A DNA stretch of 64,000 bases from positions 13,588 through 77,587 of the forward strand of contig JAISQM010000009.1 in the NCBI GenBank assembly GCA_031274195.1. The letters run 5' to 3'. The notes under the pieces are model-generated. The model saw only the letters and a list, made by a program, of their open reading frames with translations. It did not search any database and was not told the DNA's origin. Of this stretch, positions 44,542-54,375 are shown piece by piece (the first letter of the stretch is position 1; the number at the start of each line of letters is the position of its first letter). This DNA is from Eubacteriales Family XIII. Incertae Sedis bacterium. Lineage in GTDB: Bacteria > Bacillota > Clostridia > Peptostreptococcales > Anaerovoracaceae. The translations under genes and the position numbers were made by a program.

Positions 44542-44961
44542 ATGATGGAAGACAAAAGTAATTCTTTTCTGGGAAGCGGGATGAAATTTCCGCCACAGGC
44601 CAATAAAGCGACGGGGCGGTTCTCCGTTTCCGAGGGGGAACAGAGCGTGAAGGAGTCCGTGTATCTGATCATGATGACCGCCGTTGGAGAGCGGGAGCTT
44701 GCGCCGCACTTCGGCAGTAGGCTCACGCGTTACGCGTTCATGGACATCAACCTCACTCATTTGAGCATCATGCGCCGCGACATAGCCGAGCTCGTCATGA
44801 GTCAGGAACCCCGCATTTCGAATGCGGATGTGGAGATCGACGCGGACAGCAGAAATGACTGTTTGATTGTGAATATTCGGTATAGGGTGGCACAGACGAA
44901 TTCGGTGGACAATTTCGTATTCCCGTTCTACCTGAAAACCTCGGCGGAGGAGGAAGAATGA
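44542..44961 (+). CDS. Baseplate wedge protein gp25 / GPW family
   Basis: GSGMKFPPQ......SVKESVYLIMMTAVGERELAPHFGSRLTRYAF matches the GPW_gp25 signature. Confidence 0.85.
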   Translation: MMEDKSNSFLGSGMKFPPQANKATGRFSVSEGEQSVKESVYLIMMTAVGERELAPHFGSRLTRYAFMDINLTHLSIMRRDIAELVMSQEPRISNADVEIDADSRNDCLIVNIRYRVAQTNSVDNFVFPFYLKTSAEEEE

Positions 44962-47900
44962 AGCAGACGATACCATACAAGATTGATTCGCGCGTGAAGG
45001 AGGATCTCTACGCGCAAATTGAGGAGTTTGCCGCGTCCTATACGCCGGAATGGGTGTTCAGCCCGAACAATCCCGATCTGGGTTCCGTGATCGCGATGCT
45101 CTTTGCGGAGCAGCTTGAGGGCAGCATCGACCGCTTCAACAGCGTTATCGAAAAATACCGGGTGGAACTCGTCAACTTGCTGAATATCAGTCTTCTTCCT
45201 GCCTATCCGTCCGAGGGCATATGTGTCATGAATCCGTTGCAGGATACGATCCCCGGAATAGATGTACCGGCCGGCGTCAAGTTGCTCGGAGATAGCGAGC
45301 TTTCGGAAAATGCGATCATCTTCGAAACGCAGGAACCCTTGCATGTGACGAGCGCGCACATCAGCGATATCATCGAGGTTTCGGGTTGCTTTGGCAGAAT
45401 ATTGCCGATTCGCGGAGATGCCGCGCCGATTTATCCGACAGGCATACCCGCTCCGCCGCCGCCGGATGTCGAAACCGGAGACCAAACAGAGATACGTCTG
45501 TTTGATTTTGAGAAAAAGGGCATCGAAAGCAATTCCCTGCTTCTCTATCATGGGGATGTGTTTGATGTGCCGCCGGGTACGAGCGCAATGATAGAAGTGT
45601 TTTCGCCGGACGGCGCGCCGCTCGCGAAGGCGCTCGCGGACAGTGAACGATACCGATTTTCGTATTATGACGGAGAAGATTTCGCGGATTACAGCGAAGT
45701 GACAGCGCGCGAAAACGTCCTCTATCTGCGCCGCGAAGGGGAAGCCGAGAAGGTCTCCCTGCCCGACGGGCGCTTGTGCGATGTGGTTCGCATTGACGCG
45801 AATGGCATCGTGCGTGAGGATTTCGATATCGGACAGCTGTCGATTCATTCGAGCGCGGAGAATATCCCCGCCGATTTTATCAATAACAACGACAGCGATC
45901 TGCCGACAGACACCTGTATGCCATTTGGGGAAACAGCCTCCATCTTTGATGATTGCTATATCGGCAACGACAACATCTTTTCCCACGGCGGCGCGGAGGT
46001 GACGCTCCGATTCTCTCTTGATTTTCGCGAGAAATTGGTTACGTTCACGCCGGAGCAGGAGGAAAAGACGCTGAAGGTCGTCAAGCGCAAACCAAGGCGC
46101 ATCCAATTTACGACCGCGCATACGTGCATTGAGCGAATCGCGGTGGAATATTTCAACGGAATCGGATGGCGCAGATTGATCGACGATGCGCAGTGGACAT
46201 CGATTTTTTCCGGAGAGGTGTTCGGGGAGATCGAACTGAAATTCACGTGTCCCAATTCGTGGGAGCCGGTCAACATCGGTGCGAATACGGGTCGCTGCAT
46301 CCGCCTGCGCATAGAGAGTGCGGACAACTGTTATCTCCAGCCCTGCGTTCATCGCATGCCGGTGATCCACGGGCTTTCGATCTCGTATCGATATAACGAG
46401 AGCAAGACGAAGCCCGTTTATGCGGAACGAATCAGCGGTGCCGACAAAACGGACATCACAGACGCCCTGCTCCGCGCGGAAGCGGTCGCCGCTTTTCATC
46501 CGATCAAATATGTGGATAATTCGCTCTACATCGGCTTCAACAAGAAGGTAGAGGGAACTCCGCTGAGTCTGTACTTTGAAACGCGCGACAAAGTCAGCGG
46601 TCATGGGCCGGCTCTGCGCTTTGAGTATTCGACGCGCCGGGGATTTGGTGCCATGCGCGTCATAGACGAGACGTGCGGATTCTCAAAGAGCGGCGTGATT
46701 ATCATGGAATTCGGCGAGGATTTTTCCCGGCATGAGGTGGAAGGGCTCAATCGCTACTGGATACGCGTCACCGATGCGGACGGAGTCTTTGACGACCCAA
46801 ATCGGATGCGCCCCGTGATTACGAACATTTTGCCCAATGCCGTCACGATTCGCAACGAGCAGACGTTGGATGAGGAAGACTATTATATCGACGAAGCCAT
46901 GCCGAATATGGCGTTTGTGCTGACAGCCGACAATATTCTGTCGGCGGAGGTCTATGTCAACGAAATCAATTTGCCCCGCGCGGAGATTCAGCGTATGCTT
47001 ATGCGGTCTCCGGAGAATGTCAGGGTTACATATGATCGGCGCGGGGACATCAGCGAGTTCTATGTGCGTTGGCAGGAGGTCGAAAACTTCGACGCGTCGA
47101 CATCCATGGATCGGCATTATGTGATCGATCGCTTGCACAGCGCCATTTTGTTTGGAGACGGCGTGAATGTCCGCATTCCCGAGGCGTCCTCCGATCCCGC
47201 TTTCACGGTGAAGCTGAAGCGGTGCGACGGCAACAACGCGAACCTGATGGAGGGTGAGATCAACGGTATTCAGGATCGGATTTTGTATCTTGGAGATGTC
47301 TACAATCCTTTCGCGACAAGTGGCGGGCGGGATATGGAGAGCGTGAGCGCGGCGGTGGATCGCGGTGCCTGTATGCTCAATTCCGGCGGCCGTCTCGTCA
47401 GCGAAGCGGATTATGTGCGGGAGGCGGAGAACTTTTCGGACATGGTTGGCAGGGCGCATTGCATCATAGAGGAAGAAAACGAGGCACCCGGCTTGATGCG
47501 CAAGGTGCATATCTCCTTGCTGATGCGGGACTACGTGGAGGGCTCATGGTCGTTTGATAATATCCGCGATCGGCTCAAAAGCAGCATGTTGTGCAAGTGC
47601 GAAGCGACGCTTACGGCGGAGCATATCGAAATAACGGAACCGTTGTTTGTGACGATCAATGTAGATGTCTGGGTGTACACGAAGGATACAAAGCGCAGAT
47701 TTGAGATTGCGGCGCTGATTCGTGAAATGATCGCGGAGCGTCTTGAACCGCTGCCGAAGGAGGACAGCAACGGCAACCGTACACGGGGATGGTTTATAGG
47801 GGAATTGCCGACCGCGGAGCAGATCGACATCCTGCTGCACGGCATTCGAGAGAATATCTCAATCAAGCGGCTTTCCGCGACGGTCACCTATGTGGACGCC

Positions 47901-47990
47901 GACGGGATGCACACCTGTGAGCTGGGCGAATTGCAGAAACAGCCGTTTATGATCGGCATCAACGGACAGCACAAGGTTCATTTTGTTTAA
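44958..47990 (+). CDS. Large baseplate-J / gp6-like wedge protein
   Basis: ATGA overlap with the gp25 gene. N-terminal YTPEWVFSPNNPDLGSVIAMLFAEQLE is typical of putative baseplate assembly proteins. 1010 aa. Confidence 0.7.
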   Translation: MKQTIPYKIDSRVKEDLYAQIEEFAASYTPEWVFSPNNPDLGSVIAMLFAEQLEGSIDRFNSVIEKYRVELVNLLNISLLPAYPSEGICVMNPLQDTIPGIDVPAGVKLLGDSELSENAIIFETQEPLHVTSAHISDIIEVSGCFGRILPIRGDAAPIYPTGIPAPPPPDVETGDQTEIRLFDFEKKGIESNSLLLYHGDVFDVPPGTSAMIEVFSPDGAPLAKALADSERYRFSYYDGEDFADYSEVTARENVLYLRREGEAEKVSLPDGRLCDVVRIDANGIVREDFDIGQLSIHSSAENIPADFINNNDSDLPTDTCMPFGETASIFDDCYIGNDNIFSHGGAEVTLRFSLDFREKLVTFTPEQEEKTLKVVKRKPRRIQFTTAHTCIERIAVEYFNGIGWRRLIDDAQWTSIFSGEVFGEIELKFTCPNSWEPVNIGANTGRCIRLRIESADNCYLQPCVHRMPVIHGLSISYRYNESKTKPVYAERISGADKTDITDALLRAEAVAAFHPIKYVDNSLYIGFNKKVEGTPLSLYFETRDKVSGHGPALRFEYSTRRGFGAMRVIDETCGFSKSGVIIMEFGEDFSRHEVEGLNRYWIRVTDADGVFDDPNRMRPVITNILPNAVTIRNEQTLDEEDYYIDEAMPNMAFVLTADNILSAEVYVNEINLPRAEIQRMLMRSPENVRVTYDRRGDISEFYVRWQEVENFDASTSMDRHYVIDRLHSAILFGDGVNVRIPEASSDPAFTVKLKRCDGNNANLMEGEINGIQDRILYLGDVYNPFATSGGRDMESVSAAVDRGACMLNSGGRLVSEADYVREAENFSDMVGRAHCIIEEENEAPGLMRKVHISLLMRDYVEGSWSFDNIRDRLKSSMLCKCEATLTAEHIEITEPLFVTINVDVWVYTKDTKRRFEIAALIREMIAERLEPLPKEDSNGNRTRGWFIGELPTAEQIDILLHGIRENISIKRLSATVTYVDADGMHTCELGELQKQPFMIGINGQHKVHFV

Positions 47991-48016
47991 GGGGCCGATT
48001 CCAAAAGGAGGACACA

Positions 48017-50116
48017 TTGCTTGACAGTATAAATCTTGCAGACAAAACCTATGATGAAATTTTGACGGAAGCGATCGGGAAGATTCCGATGTATACGGAT
48101 GAATGGACGAATTTCAACATCTCCGATCCCGGCATCACAGTTCTTCAGAATCTCTCGATGTTTACGACGCTCATGCGCGAAAAGATCAACGACATCCCGG
48201 AGTTCGTACGGCTCGGCCTATTGTCGATGCTCGGATTTTTTCCCGGCGAATACGGCGCTTCGGAGGTGTTTTTGAACGCCGGCGGATTCGAGTCGCAGAT
48301 CACGCTGCCGCCCGGCGAAAAGCTCATGGCAGAGGACATCTGCTTTGAGGCGGACGGCGAGGTCACGCTCAACTCGTGGGGCGTGAAAGGGTTGTACTGC
48401 GAGAGCGATGGCGAGCTGCGGGATATCACGTATCTGCAGAGCGGTGCGTCACGTTCGGGCATCGCCGTGTTCGGCGTACCCGCTACCGTTGATGGCGAGT
48501 TTTACGTGCTGTTGGACGATATACCGGACGATCACGATCGGTTGATTCTGCTCGTGCGCGTCATGGATGAGGAAAGCCGCAATCCGTTCGGTGACTCCGA
48601 TCTGTCCCTCGCGGAGATGAAATGGCAGTTTTACACAAAGTCGGGCTGGGTAGATGTGGAGGCGATTGACGGGACGCGAGGTTTCCTTGAAAGCGGGTCG
48701 ATCAAGATCGCACTGAACGCTTCGGAGAAGGCACTTTGCGAGGTCGGCGGCACGGAAGGTTACGCGTTGCGCTGTATCCTCAAAAAGGAACACTACGACA
48801 TTTCGCCGCGGCTTCATTCCATCACCGCCAATGTATTCAAGGTGCGTCAAAAGGACAGCAAGATTTCAACGTCGTCCATGCGCGGGCGCGGCAAGGTCGT
48901 GTACCGCGACAGGGTTGGCATGAACGGCTATTACACGGTATTTTGCGACGAGGACGGTTCGGGTGTCTACCGCAAATATACGCCATTTGACGGAAAGAAT
49001 TCTCAGGGACGTTTCTACGAGGCGGCGCAGGAACCGGACGGCATTCGGATTCGTTTCAATCAGAAGCTTTTCGGTTTCGGCCCGGCGAAGGGCATGGATA
49101 CCGTGCGCATCATCGGCTGTGATGTGGTCAGCGCGGAACATCTGGTGCTCGGCCGGCTGATGGGTTATGACGATCAGATATTGCGCGTCGATGGGTTTGA
49201 TAATATTCTGCCGGATTGCTTCTGCGTCTTGGCCGAGGGACAGGATCGAGACGGGATTCCCACCTATCATTTTGTGAAGCCCGGCGACAAGGACGAACAC
49301 AGATTTTGCTATCGTGTCGCGACCGACGCTTCGGAGATACACATCAGCGATCCCGGCGGCATGGACGGCTTCCTGCTCCACATCGCGTCCTGCGCGGTTA
49401 CGGAGGGTGCGCGCGGCAATATTCGCGAGGGCACGGTATTTGAGCCGAAATTCATATCTGCCGAAGGCGCGCAGCCCGGTCTCAAGATCGAAAACGCCCT
49501 GCGCAGCCGCGGAGGCACGGAGAAGGAGAGCTCGGAACGGCTTCGCCTGCGTTTTCTCGCCGATCTGCGCGAGCCGACCGTGGCCGTTACGATCAGCGAT
49601 TATGAGTATATCACGCGGACCACGCCGGGATTGTGCATTCATAAGGTGAAGGCGGTGGCGAAGCCAGACGACAACCTTGTCCGCATCGCCGTCAAGCCCT
49701 ACGGCGAGGATGAGCGGCCGATGTTGTCGCCGCTTTATTCGGATATTATCATGCGGCGTCTCTGCGAGCGAAAGATGATCGGAACGAGGATCGATCTGTC
49801 CTCTCCCGTGTATGTTCCCATCGACGTTTGGGTGGTCGTATACGCGAAGGGCTACTATGAAAATGTCGATGAAATCATTGAAAAGTATCTGCGCGGCGAG
49901 CTTAACGGTCTGTCCGGGGAGATGCCGTTTGGCTCCACCATTTCCTACAATCAGATATATAAGGGGCTCGAGGCGCTTGAATGTATTGAAACGCTCTACA
50001 AATTCTCGATTTCGCCGCGAGACTGGAAATCGGCGCGGCCGGATGGCCCGGACATCATCATGGACGACGACACATTGTGCTATCCGGGAGAGCTTTCGAT
50101 TGAAATACGCGGATGA
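48017..50116 (+). CDS. Baseplate-J-like protein 2
   Basis: TTG start after AAAAGGAGGA. YDEILTEAIGKIPMYTDEWTNFNISDPGITVLQNLS is the canonical baseplate-J N-terminus. Confidence 0.8.
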   Translation: MLDSINLADKTYDEILTEAIGKIPMYTDEWTNFNISDPGITVLQNLSMFTTLMREKINDIPEFVRLGLLSMLGFFPGEYGASEVFLNAGGFESQITLPPGEKLMAEDICFEADGEVTLNSWGVKGLYCESDGELRDITYLQSGASRSGIAVFGVPATVDGEFYVLLDDIPDDHDRLILLVRVMDEESRNPFGDSDLSLAEMKWQFYTKSGWVDVEAIDGTRGFLESGSIKIALNASEKALCEVGGTEGYALRCILKKEHYDISPRLHSITANVFKVRQKDSKISTSSMRGRGKVVYRDRVGMNGYYTVFCDEDGSGVYRKYTPFDGKNSQGRFYEAAQEPDGIRIRFNQKLFGFGPAKGMDTVRIIGCDVVSAEHLVLGRLMGYDDQILRVDGFDNILPDCFCVLAEGQDRDGIPTYHFVKPGDKDEHRFCYRVATDASEIHISDPGGMDGFLLHIASCAVTEGARGNIREGTVFEPKFISAEGAQPGLKIENALRSRGGTEKESSERLRLRFLADLREPTVAVTISDYEYITRTTPGLCIHKVKAVAKPDDNLVRIAVKPYGEDERPMLSPLYSDIIMRRLCERKMIGTRIDLSSPVYVPIDVWVVVYAKGYYENVDEIIEKYLRGELNGLSGEMPFGSTISYNQIYKGLEALECIETLYKFSISPRDWKSARPDGPDIIMDDDTLCYPGELSIEIRG

Positions 50117-50173
50117 ATATCCTATGGTTAATCGAAACTATTAATACGCGGCTCCGAGGTGGGAGGAACATTT

Positions 50174-51277
50174 ATGGCTTATGAAATCAAAAAATACAGG
50201 ATCAGCGGCGCGAAGCTCCGGAGGGCTTTCCGTGACGCGTTCGATCTGACCGACGAGGGCGTCCTCGTTTCGGCGGGACATGGGCGGATTGCCGCGGTGT
50301 TTTTCGCCGCGCTTGACGGCGTAGAGGAAGGCTGTCCGTGGGGGCGCTTCGTGTTTGAGGCGACCGTCGGCGCGGATACGGTTTTTAATGTGAAAGCGAT
50401 CGCGTCAGACGACGCGCAGATCATCTATAACGGTGAAGCGGTCGATATGGACAAGGTGCTGAGCGATCCCGACATTTCCTCCGTGGAAAAGCTCAAGCTG
50501 TTTGAAAACGCGCCGGCGATGCGTTCCTCCGTATACAGCAATATGCTGTTGCACGGCTTGAACGGGCGGTATCTGTGGATATGCCTGACGGCGCAGGGCA
50601 GTGAGGCGTCGTTTTGCGACTTTCGCGCGTTTACGCCCGGAGATCGATTCCTGCGCACATTCCCGGAGGTATACCGTGAGTACGGCGGATTCTTCCATCG
50701 CTATTTATCCGTGTTCGTCTCGCTTTACGGAGATCTGGAGGAAGAAATCACGCACGCGCACAATCTGCTCAATTTGGATGTGTGTCCTGCGGAGTTGCTT
50801 CCGGTATACGCCTCATGGTTCGGCATCTCTTTCGACGGCGATTATATGGACGAATTGCAGTTGCGCGCTTTCCTGAAAAACGCGTATTCCCTGATTCGCA
50901 AAAAAGGTACGAAGGAGGCTCTGAAACAGCTCGTGGGCATCTTCGTGAAAGAACCGTTTTATATCATAGAGCACGCCGATGTGGCGAGCGGAGCGGAACA
51001 GGGGAACGGACGCGTGTTGGAATACCTGTACGGCGACGATCCGTACTCTTTCACGCTCATGCTGATGCGGAAGCCGGACGAAAGATTGCAGCTGCGCCTT
51101 TCGCGGCTTATCAACCAGTTCAAACCGCTGCGTATGAGTGCGCGGATACTGTTTGTTGAGGAACAATCCACGCTCGACAGCGGCGCGAATCTCGATGTGA
51201 ACGCATCCATCGTCAACCCGGAAGCCGGGGTGCTGAACGAAGGCGCAGCATTGGATGGAACGGATTATCTGAACTGA
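50174..51277 (+). CDS. Phage tail protein I-like baseplate component
   Basis: LLPVYASWFGISFDG...LRAFLKNAYSLIRKKGTKEALKQLV resembles the P2 gpI / phage-tail-protein domain. ATG 50174 follows GGGAGGA. Confidence 0.65.
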   Translation: MAYEIKKYRISGAKLRRAFRDAFDLTDEGVLVSAGHGRIAAVFFAALDGVEEGCPWGRFVFEATVGADTVFNVKAIASDDAQIIYNGEAVDMDKVLSDPDISSVEKLKLFENAPAMRSSVYSNMLLHGLNGRYLWICLTAQGSEASFCDFRAFTPGDRFLRTFPEVYREYGGFFHRYLSVFVSLYGDLEEEITHAHNLLNLDVCPAELLPVYASWFGISFDGDYMDELQLRAFLKNAYSLIRKKGTKEALKQLVGIFVKEPFYIIEHADVASGAEQGNGRVLEYLYGDDPYSFTLMLMRKPDERLQLRLSRLINQFKPLRMSARILFVEEQSTLDSGANLDVNASIVNPEAGVLNEGAALDGTDYLN

Positions 51278-51299
51278 TACGGAAAGAAAGGATCATCGC

Positions 51300-51524
51300 A
51301 TGGAGGAAGATAAAGGCCTAAAGCCCGCAGATAAACCCTCGAAGCGGAATGCGGACGACGACGATGTTGAGATCGATATCCGGATCGAAAGGCCGCACAC
51401 AGAGCCGATCGACCGTGCGGGCGACATCTTCGGACAGGATCGGGAAAAACGATTCGGCGGCATCAATACGGCATCCTCCGCATTGAGCAAGGGTGTCCTG
51501 TTCAAACCGCCGACCGAGGAATAG
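51300..51524 (+). CDS. Small acidic hypothetical protein
   Basis: 74-aa ORF (NADDDDVEIDIRIERP...) between the baseplate and ATPase genes. No domain recognised. Confidence 0.35.
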   Translation: MEEDKGLKPADKPSKRNADDDDVEIDIRIERPHTEPIDRAGDIFGQDREKRFGGINTASSALSKGVLFKPPTEE

Positions 51525-51565
51525 CGCGGCGCTTAACGAGTAACCACTATGATTGGAGGGAGTAG

Positions 51566-53890
51566 ATGAGTTTTTTTAAGGATGGCACGGAGAAAACCCC
51601 GTTTAAGAGTTATGATGAATACATATCGTTTCTCTTTGCTTGCGTAGACCGTCAGCTTCACGCGTATCTGAATTCACTGATGGACGTATTCGCCTCAAAG
51701 CAGGGCGGTTATAAGAATGTACTCTATCCCGACATCGAGGTCGCGCACGGACTGACCGCCAAGCACCTGTGGGATTTTTCACTGAAAAGCGGCAGCTCCC
51801 CCAAACCGGTCAGCGCCAAAGCGCCCGTTGCGGACGATGGCGACGCCGCTGCCGAGAATGAGCTCGACAACGATATCGTGAATTTGATGAGCGAGTTTTC
51901 CGGGGAGTTTGAACCGACATCCGATGCGGTGAGCGTCGACATGAGCCAATCCCCGCAGGAGCTGATGGCGCAGATCAAAGAGCGCGCGGATATGACGGAT
52001 CCGGCCGCCGTGCCGATGCCGATGTACGAGCTGTTTAAGGCATCGGCGTTTTCGGATTTCACGATGTTTTGCTTCGCCTGCGCGATTCTTTCGTCCATGC
52101 AGACCGGCTATGCGTCGATCTTTCAGGTGATCGGGCAGAACGGCAATCTATCTTCGCCCACCTTCGAGTCGGCGGCGCGCGCCTATTATGGGACGGATTT
52201 CTCCATCACGAACGCCGCGGGTCCCATGTCGGAAGCGCTCGAAAAACTACAGCCGTTGTTCGATCTGCGTGTCAACAGCGCCATGCCGTTTTCGACGCAG
52301 ATATCCCCCGACAAACGCCTGATGGACTTCCTTTTCGGCACGAATGCGCGCCGGACGGATGAAACCTATCGCCGGTTCCTGAAATTGATTACGGACGATA
52401 AGGAGCTGGAACCGCTGATTGCGAACAAGGAGCAGCTCGATTCGATAAACATCGCGTATGAGGATGGATTCCGCCTGTTCTCCCTCTACGGGGACGAGGG
52501 CAGCGGCCGCAAATTCACCATTCAGCATTTTTGCAAGAACCGCGGAACGGAGTGCGTCAGCTTGGATTGCGGCAAGCTCTTTTCCTACGACTTCGCCTTT
52601 GTCGAAAAGGCGCTGTGGGCGCTAAACCGCGAATGTATTCTGCTCAACGCCTGTTGCAGTCTCGACAATCTGTCCTACCGCGAGGAAGAGAAAGAAAAAT
52701 TCTTCGGATATGTGGATCTCGCGTTCGGCAAGCTCACGGAGGGCGGCGTCGCCGTCTTTGCGCTGAGCCGCGACAAGATGCCGATGAAAGAGATGACGAC
52801 CCTCGAATATTCGCAGGTGGAATTGCCGACGCCCAACAACGGAGAGCGTGAATTGCTCTGGAATCATTACGCGAAAGGCTATGAATTCGACGACGATGTC
52901 GATCTGACTGAAATGGCCGTGAAATTCCTGTTTACCGCCGGAAAGATCAAGAGCGCGCTGCGCATGGCAAAAAGTCTTTCCCTGATGAAAAAGGAGACGA
53001 AGGTCGCCAGACTCACGCTTTTTGAAGCATGTTACAATCAGATGAGCCACGAATTGACGCAGAAAGCCACGAAGATCAAGGCGAACTACACGTGGGACGA
53101 TATCGTGATGTCGCCCGATCAGCGTCAGGCGCTCGAATACGCCTGCGATCAGATGCGCTACCGCAAAACGGTGTACGAGGATTGGGATTACAACCGGAAG
53201 TATCCGTATGGTCGCGGTCTGTCGGTCTTGCTGTTCGGAGCACCCGGAACGGGTAAATCCATGTGCGCGCAGGTGCTCGCCAACGCGCTGAACCTTGAGC
53301 TTTACCGCGTGGACCTCTCGAAGGTCGTCGACAAGTATGTGGGCGAAACGGAGAAAAGCATCTCCATGATCTTCCGCGAGGCGAAGAAGTGCAATGTCGT
53401 CCTCTTTTTCGATGAGTGCGATACGCTTTTTGCGAAACGCTCGGACGATGGCGGCAGCAACCAATCCAGCAACAATAATAAGACGGCGCTCCTTCTTCAG
53501 GAAGTGGAAGCCTACGACGGCGTATCCGTGTTGGCGACCAACTACAAGCACAACATCGATCCGGCGTTTTTCCGCCGTATGAAGTTCATCGTCGAGTTCC
53601 AATTCCCGGATGTCCAGACGCGGAAAATCCTGTGGGACGCGACGATTCCCAAGAATACGCCGTTGAATGAGGATGTCGATATCGACTTTCTCGCGGAGCG
53701 GTTTGAGTTCGTCGGAGGTAATATCAAGAACTGCATCCTGAATGCGGCCTTCCTCGCTGCGGGAGACCCGGACGCGAAGGGTGAAGTTCACATGAAACAT
53801 TATCTGCAGGCGATACGCTACGAATTCGTAAAGACGGGAAAGGTGTTTACGCGCGCCGACTTCGAACCGTATGCCGAGTTGATTTTATAA
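51566..53890 (+). CDS. AAA+ ATPase (Afp15/Pvc15-like)
   Basis: C-terminal AAA module with Walker A LLFGAPGTGKSMCAQ, Walker B VVLFFDECD and VLATNYKHNIDPAFFRRM, plus a long N-terminal extension as in eCIS ATPases. Confidence 0.85.
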   Translation: MSFFKDGTEKTPFKSYDEYISFLFACVDRQLHAYLNSLMDVFASKQGGYKNVLYPDIEVAHGLTAKHLWDFSLKSGSSPKPVSAKAPVADDGDAAAENELDNDIVNLMSEFSGEFEPTSDAVSVDMSQSPQELMAQIKERADMTDPAAVPMPMYELFKASAFSDFTMFCFACAILSSMQTGYASIFQVIGQNGNLSSPTFESAARAYYGTDFSITNAAGPMSEALEKLQPLFDLRVNSAMPFSTQISPDKRLMDFLFGTNARRTDETYRRFLKLITDDKELEPLIANKEQLDSINIAYEDGFRLFSLYGDEGSGRKFTIQHFCKNRGTECVSLDCGKLFSYDFAFVEKALWALNRECILLNACCSLDNLSYREEEKEKFFGYVDLAFGKLTEGGVAVFALSRDKMPMKEMTTLEYSQVELPTPNNGERELLWNHYAKGYEFDDDVDLTEMAVKFLFTAGKIKSALRMAKSLSLMKKETKVARLTLFEACYNQMSHELTQKATKIKANYTWDDIVMSPDQRQALEYACDQMRYRKTVYEDWDYNRKYPYGRGLSVLLFGAPGTGKSMCAQVLANALNLELYRVDLSKVVDKYVGETEKSISMIFREAKKCNVVLFFDECDTLFAKRSDDGGSNQSSNNNKTALLLQEVEAYDGVSVLATNYKHNIDPAFFRRMKFIVEFQFPDVQTRKILWDATIPKNTPLNEDVDIDFLAERFEFVGGNIKNCILNAAFLAAGDPDAKGEVHMKHYLQAIRYEFVKTGKVFTRADFEPYAELIL

Positions 53891-53908
53891 GCTGAGAAAG
53901 GAATGTGA

Positions 53909-54295
53909 ATGTCAATATGCGTATGCACCGGTGCCGGAATGCTCTGCTCCTTTGGCATGGCGCCCTCCACCTTGGTCGTGACATCCAATTCGAAGGTTTT
54001 GGCGCCCGCGCCGGTTGCGACAATTATGGATAAGAATCCGATGGTAAATGTGCCGCCGTTCGGCATGTGTACCTCATTGGCCAATCCGGCCGTCGCCTCC
54101 GCCACAGCCGCTGCGCTCGGCGTCCTCACACCGCAGCCGTGTGTGCCGGGACTCGCGGCGCCGTGGGCGCCCGGAAGCCCAAAGGTTCTCATCGGTTCGT
54201 ATCCGGCGCTGTCCAATACTTCCAAGCTGACCTGTTCCTACGGAGGCATTATTTCGATAACGTCGCCGGGTCAAACGAAATTTCTTGTACCATAA
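53909..54295 (+). CDS. DUF4280 PAAR-like spike-tip protein
   Basis: The pattern MSICVCTGAGMLCSFGMAPSTLVV...NVPPFGMCTSLANP...LTCSYGGIISI is characteristic of DUF4280. Confidence 0.8.
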   Translation: MSICVCTGAGMLCSFGMAPSTLVVTSNSKVLAPAPVATIMDKNPMVNVPPFGMCTSLANPAVASATAAALGVLTPQPCVPGLAAPWAPGSPKVLIGSYPALSNTSKLTCSYGGIISITSPGQTKFLVP

Positions 54296-54328
54296 ACGAA
54301 AATTTTGTACTTATGTTATCTTATTAGG

Positions 54329-54337
54329 TGATATAAT
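54329..54337 (+). promoter_or_regulatory. Extended -10 promoter element (TGATATAAT) upstream of the STAS operon
   Basis: A TGnTATAAT match in the AT-rich gap after the PAAR-like gene. No good -35 was found. Confidence 0.45.
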
Positions 54338-54375
54338 ACTTCATGGCAGATATACGCGAGTATGGAGGAATGAGA

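Larger units (their letters stand above)
33532..54295 (+). other. Phage-tail-like contractile injection system (eCIS/CIS) gene cluster
   Basis: Twenty co-directional genes encode cap, sheath, tubes, tape-measure-like protein, tube initiators, hub, spike, gp25, baseplate-J proteins, gpI-like protein, AAA+ ATPase and PAAR-like tip. There are no head, packaging, lysis or integration genes. Confidence 0.85.

Noticed and set aside
33532-54295. Interpretation as a prophage or R-type tailocin
   Set aside because: No capsid, portal, terminase, integrase, repressor, holin or endolysin genes occur in or beside the block within this window. The AAA+ ATPase, DUF4255 cap and DUF4280 tip are hallmarks of eCIS-type systems.
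33532-54295. Interpretation as a type VI secretion system
   Set aside because: There is a single phage-type sheath gene rather than a TssB/TssC pair. No TssJ/L/M membrane complex, TssK or ClpV is present, and a tape-measure-like protein and gp19-type tubes replace Hcp.
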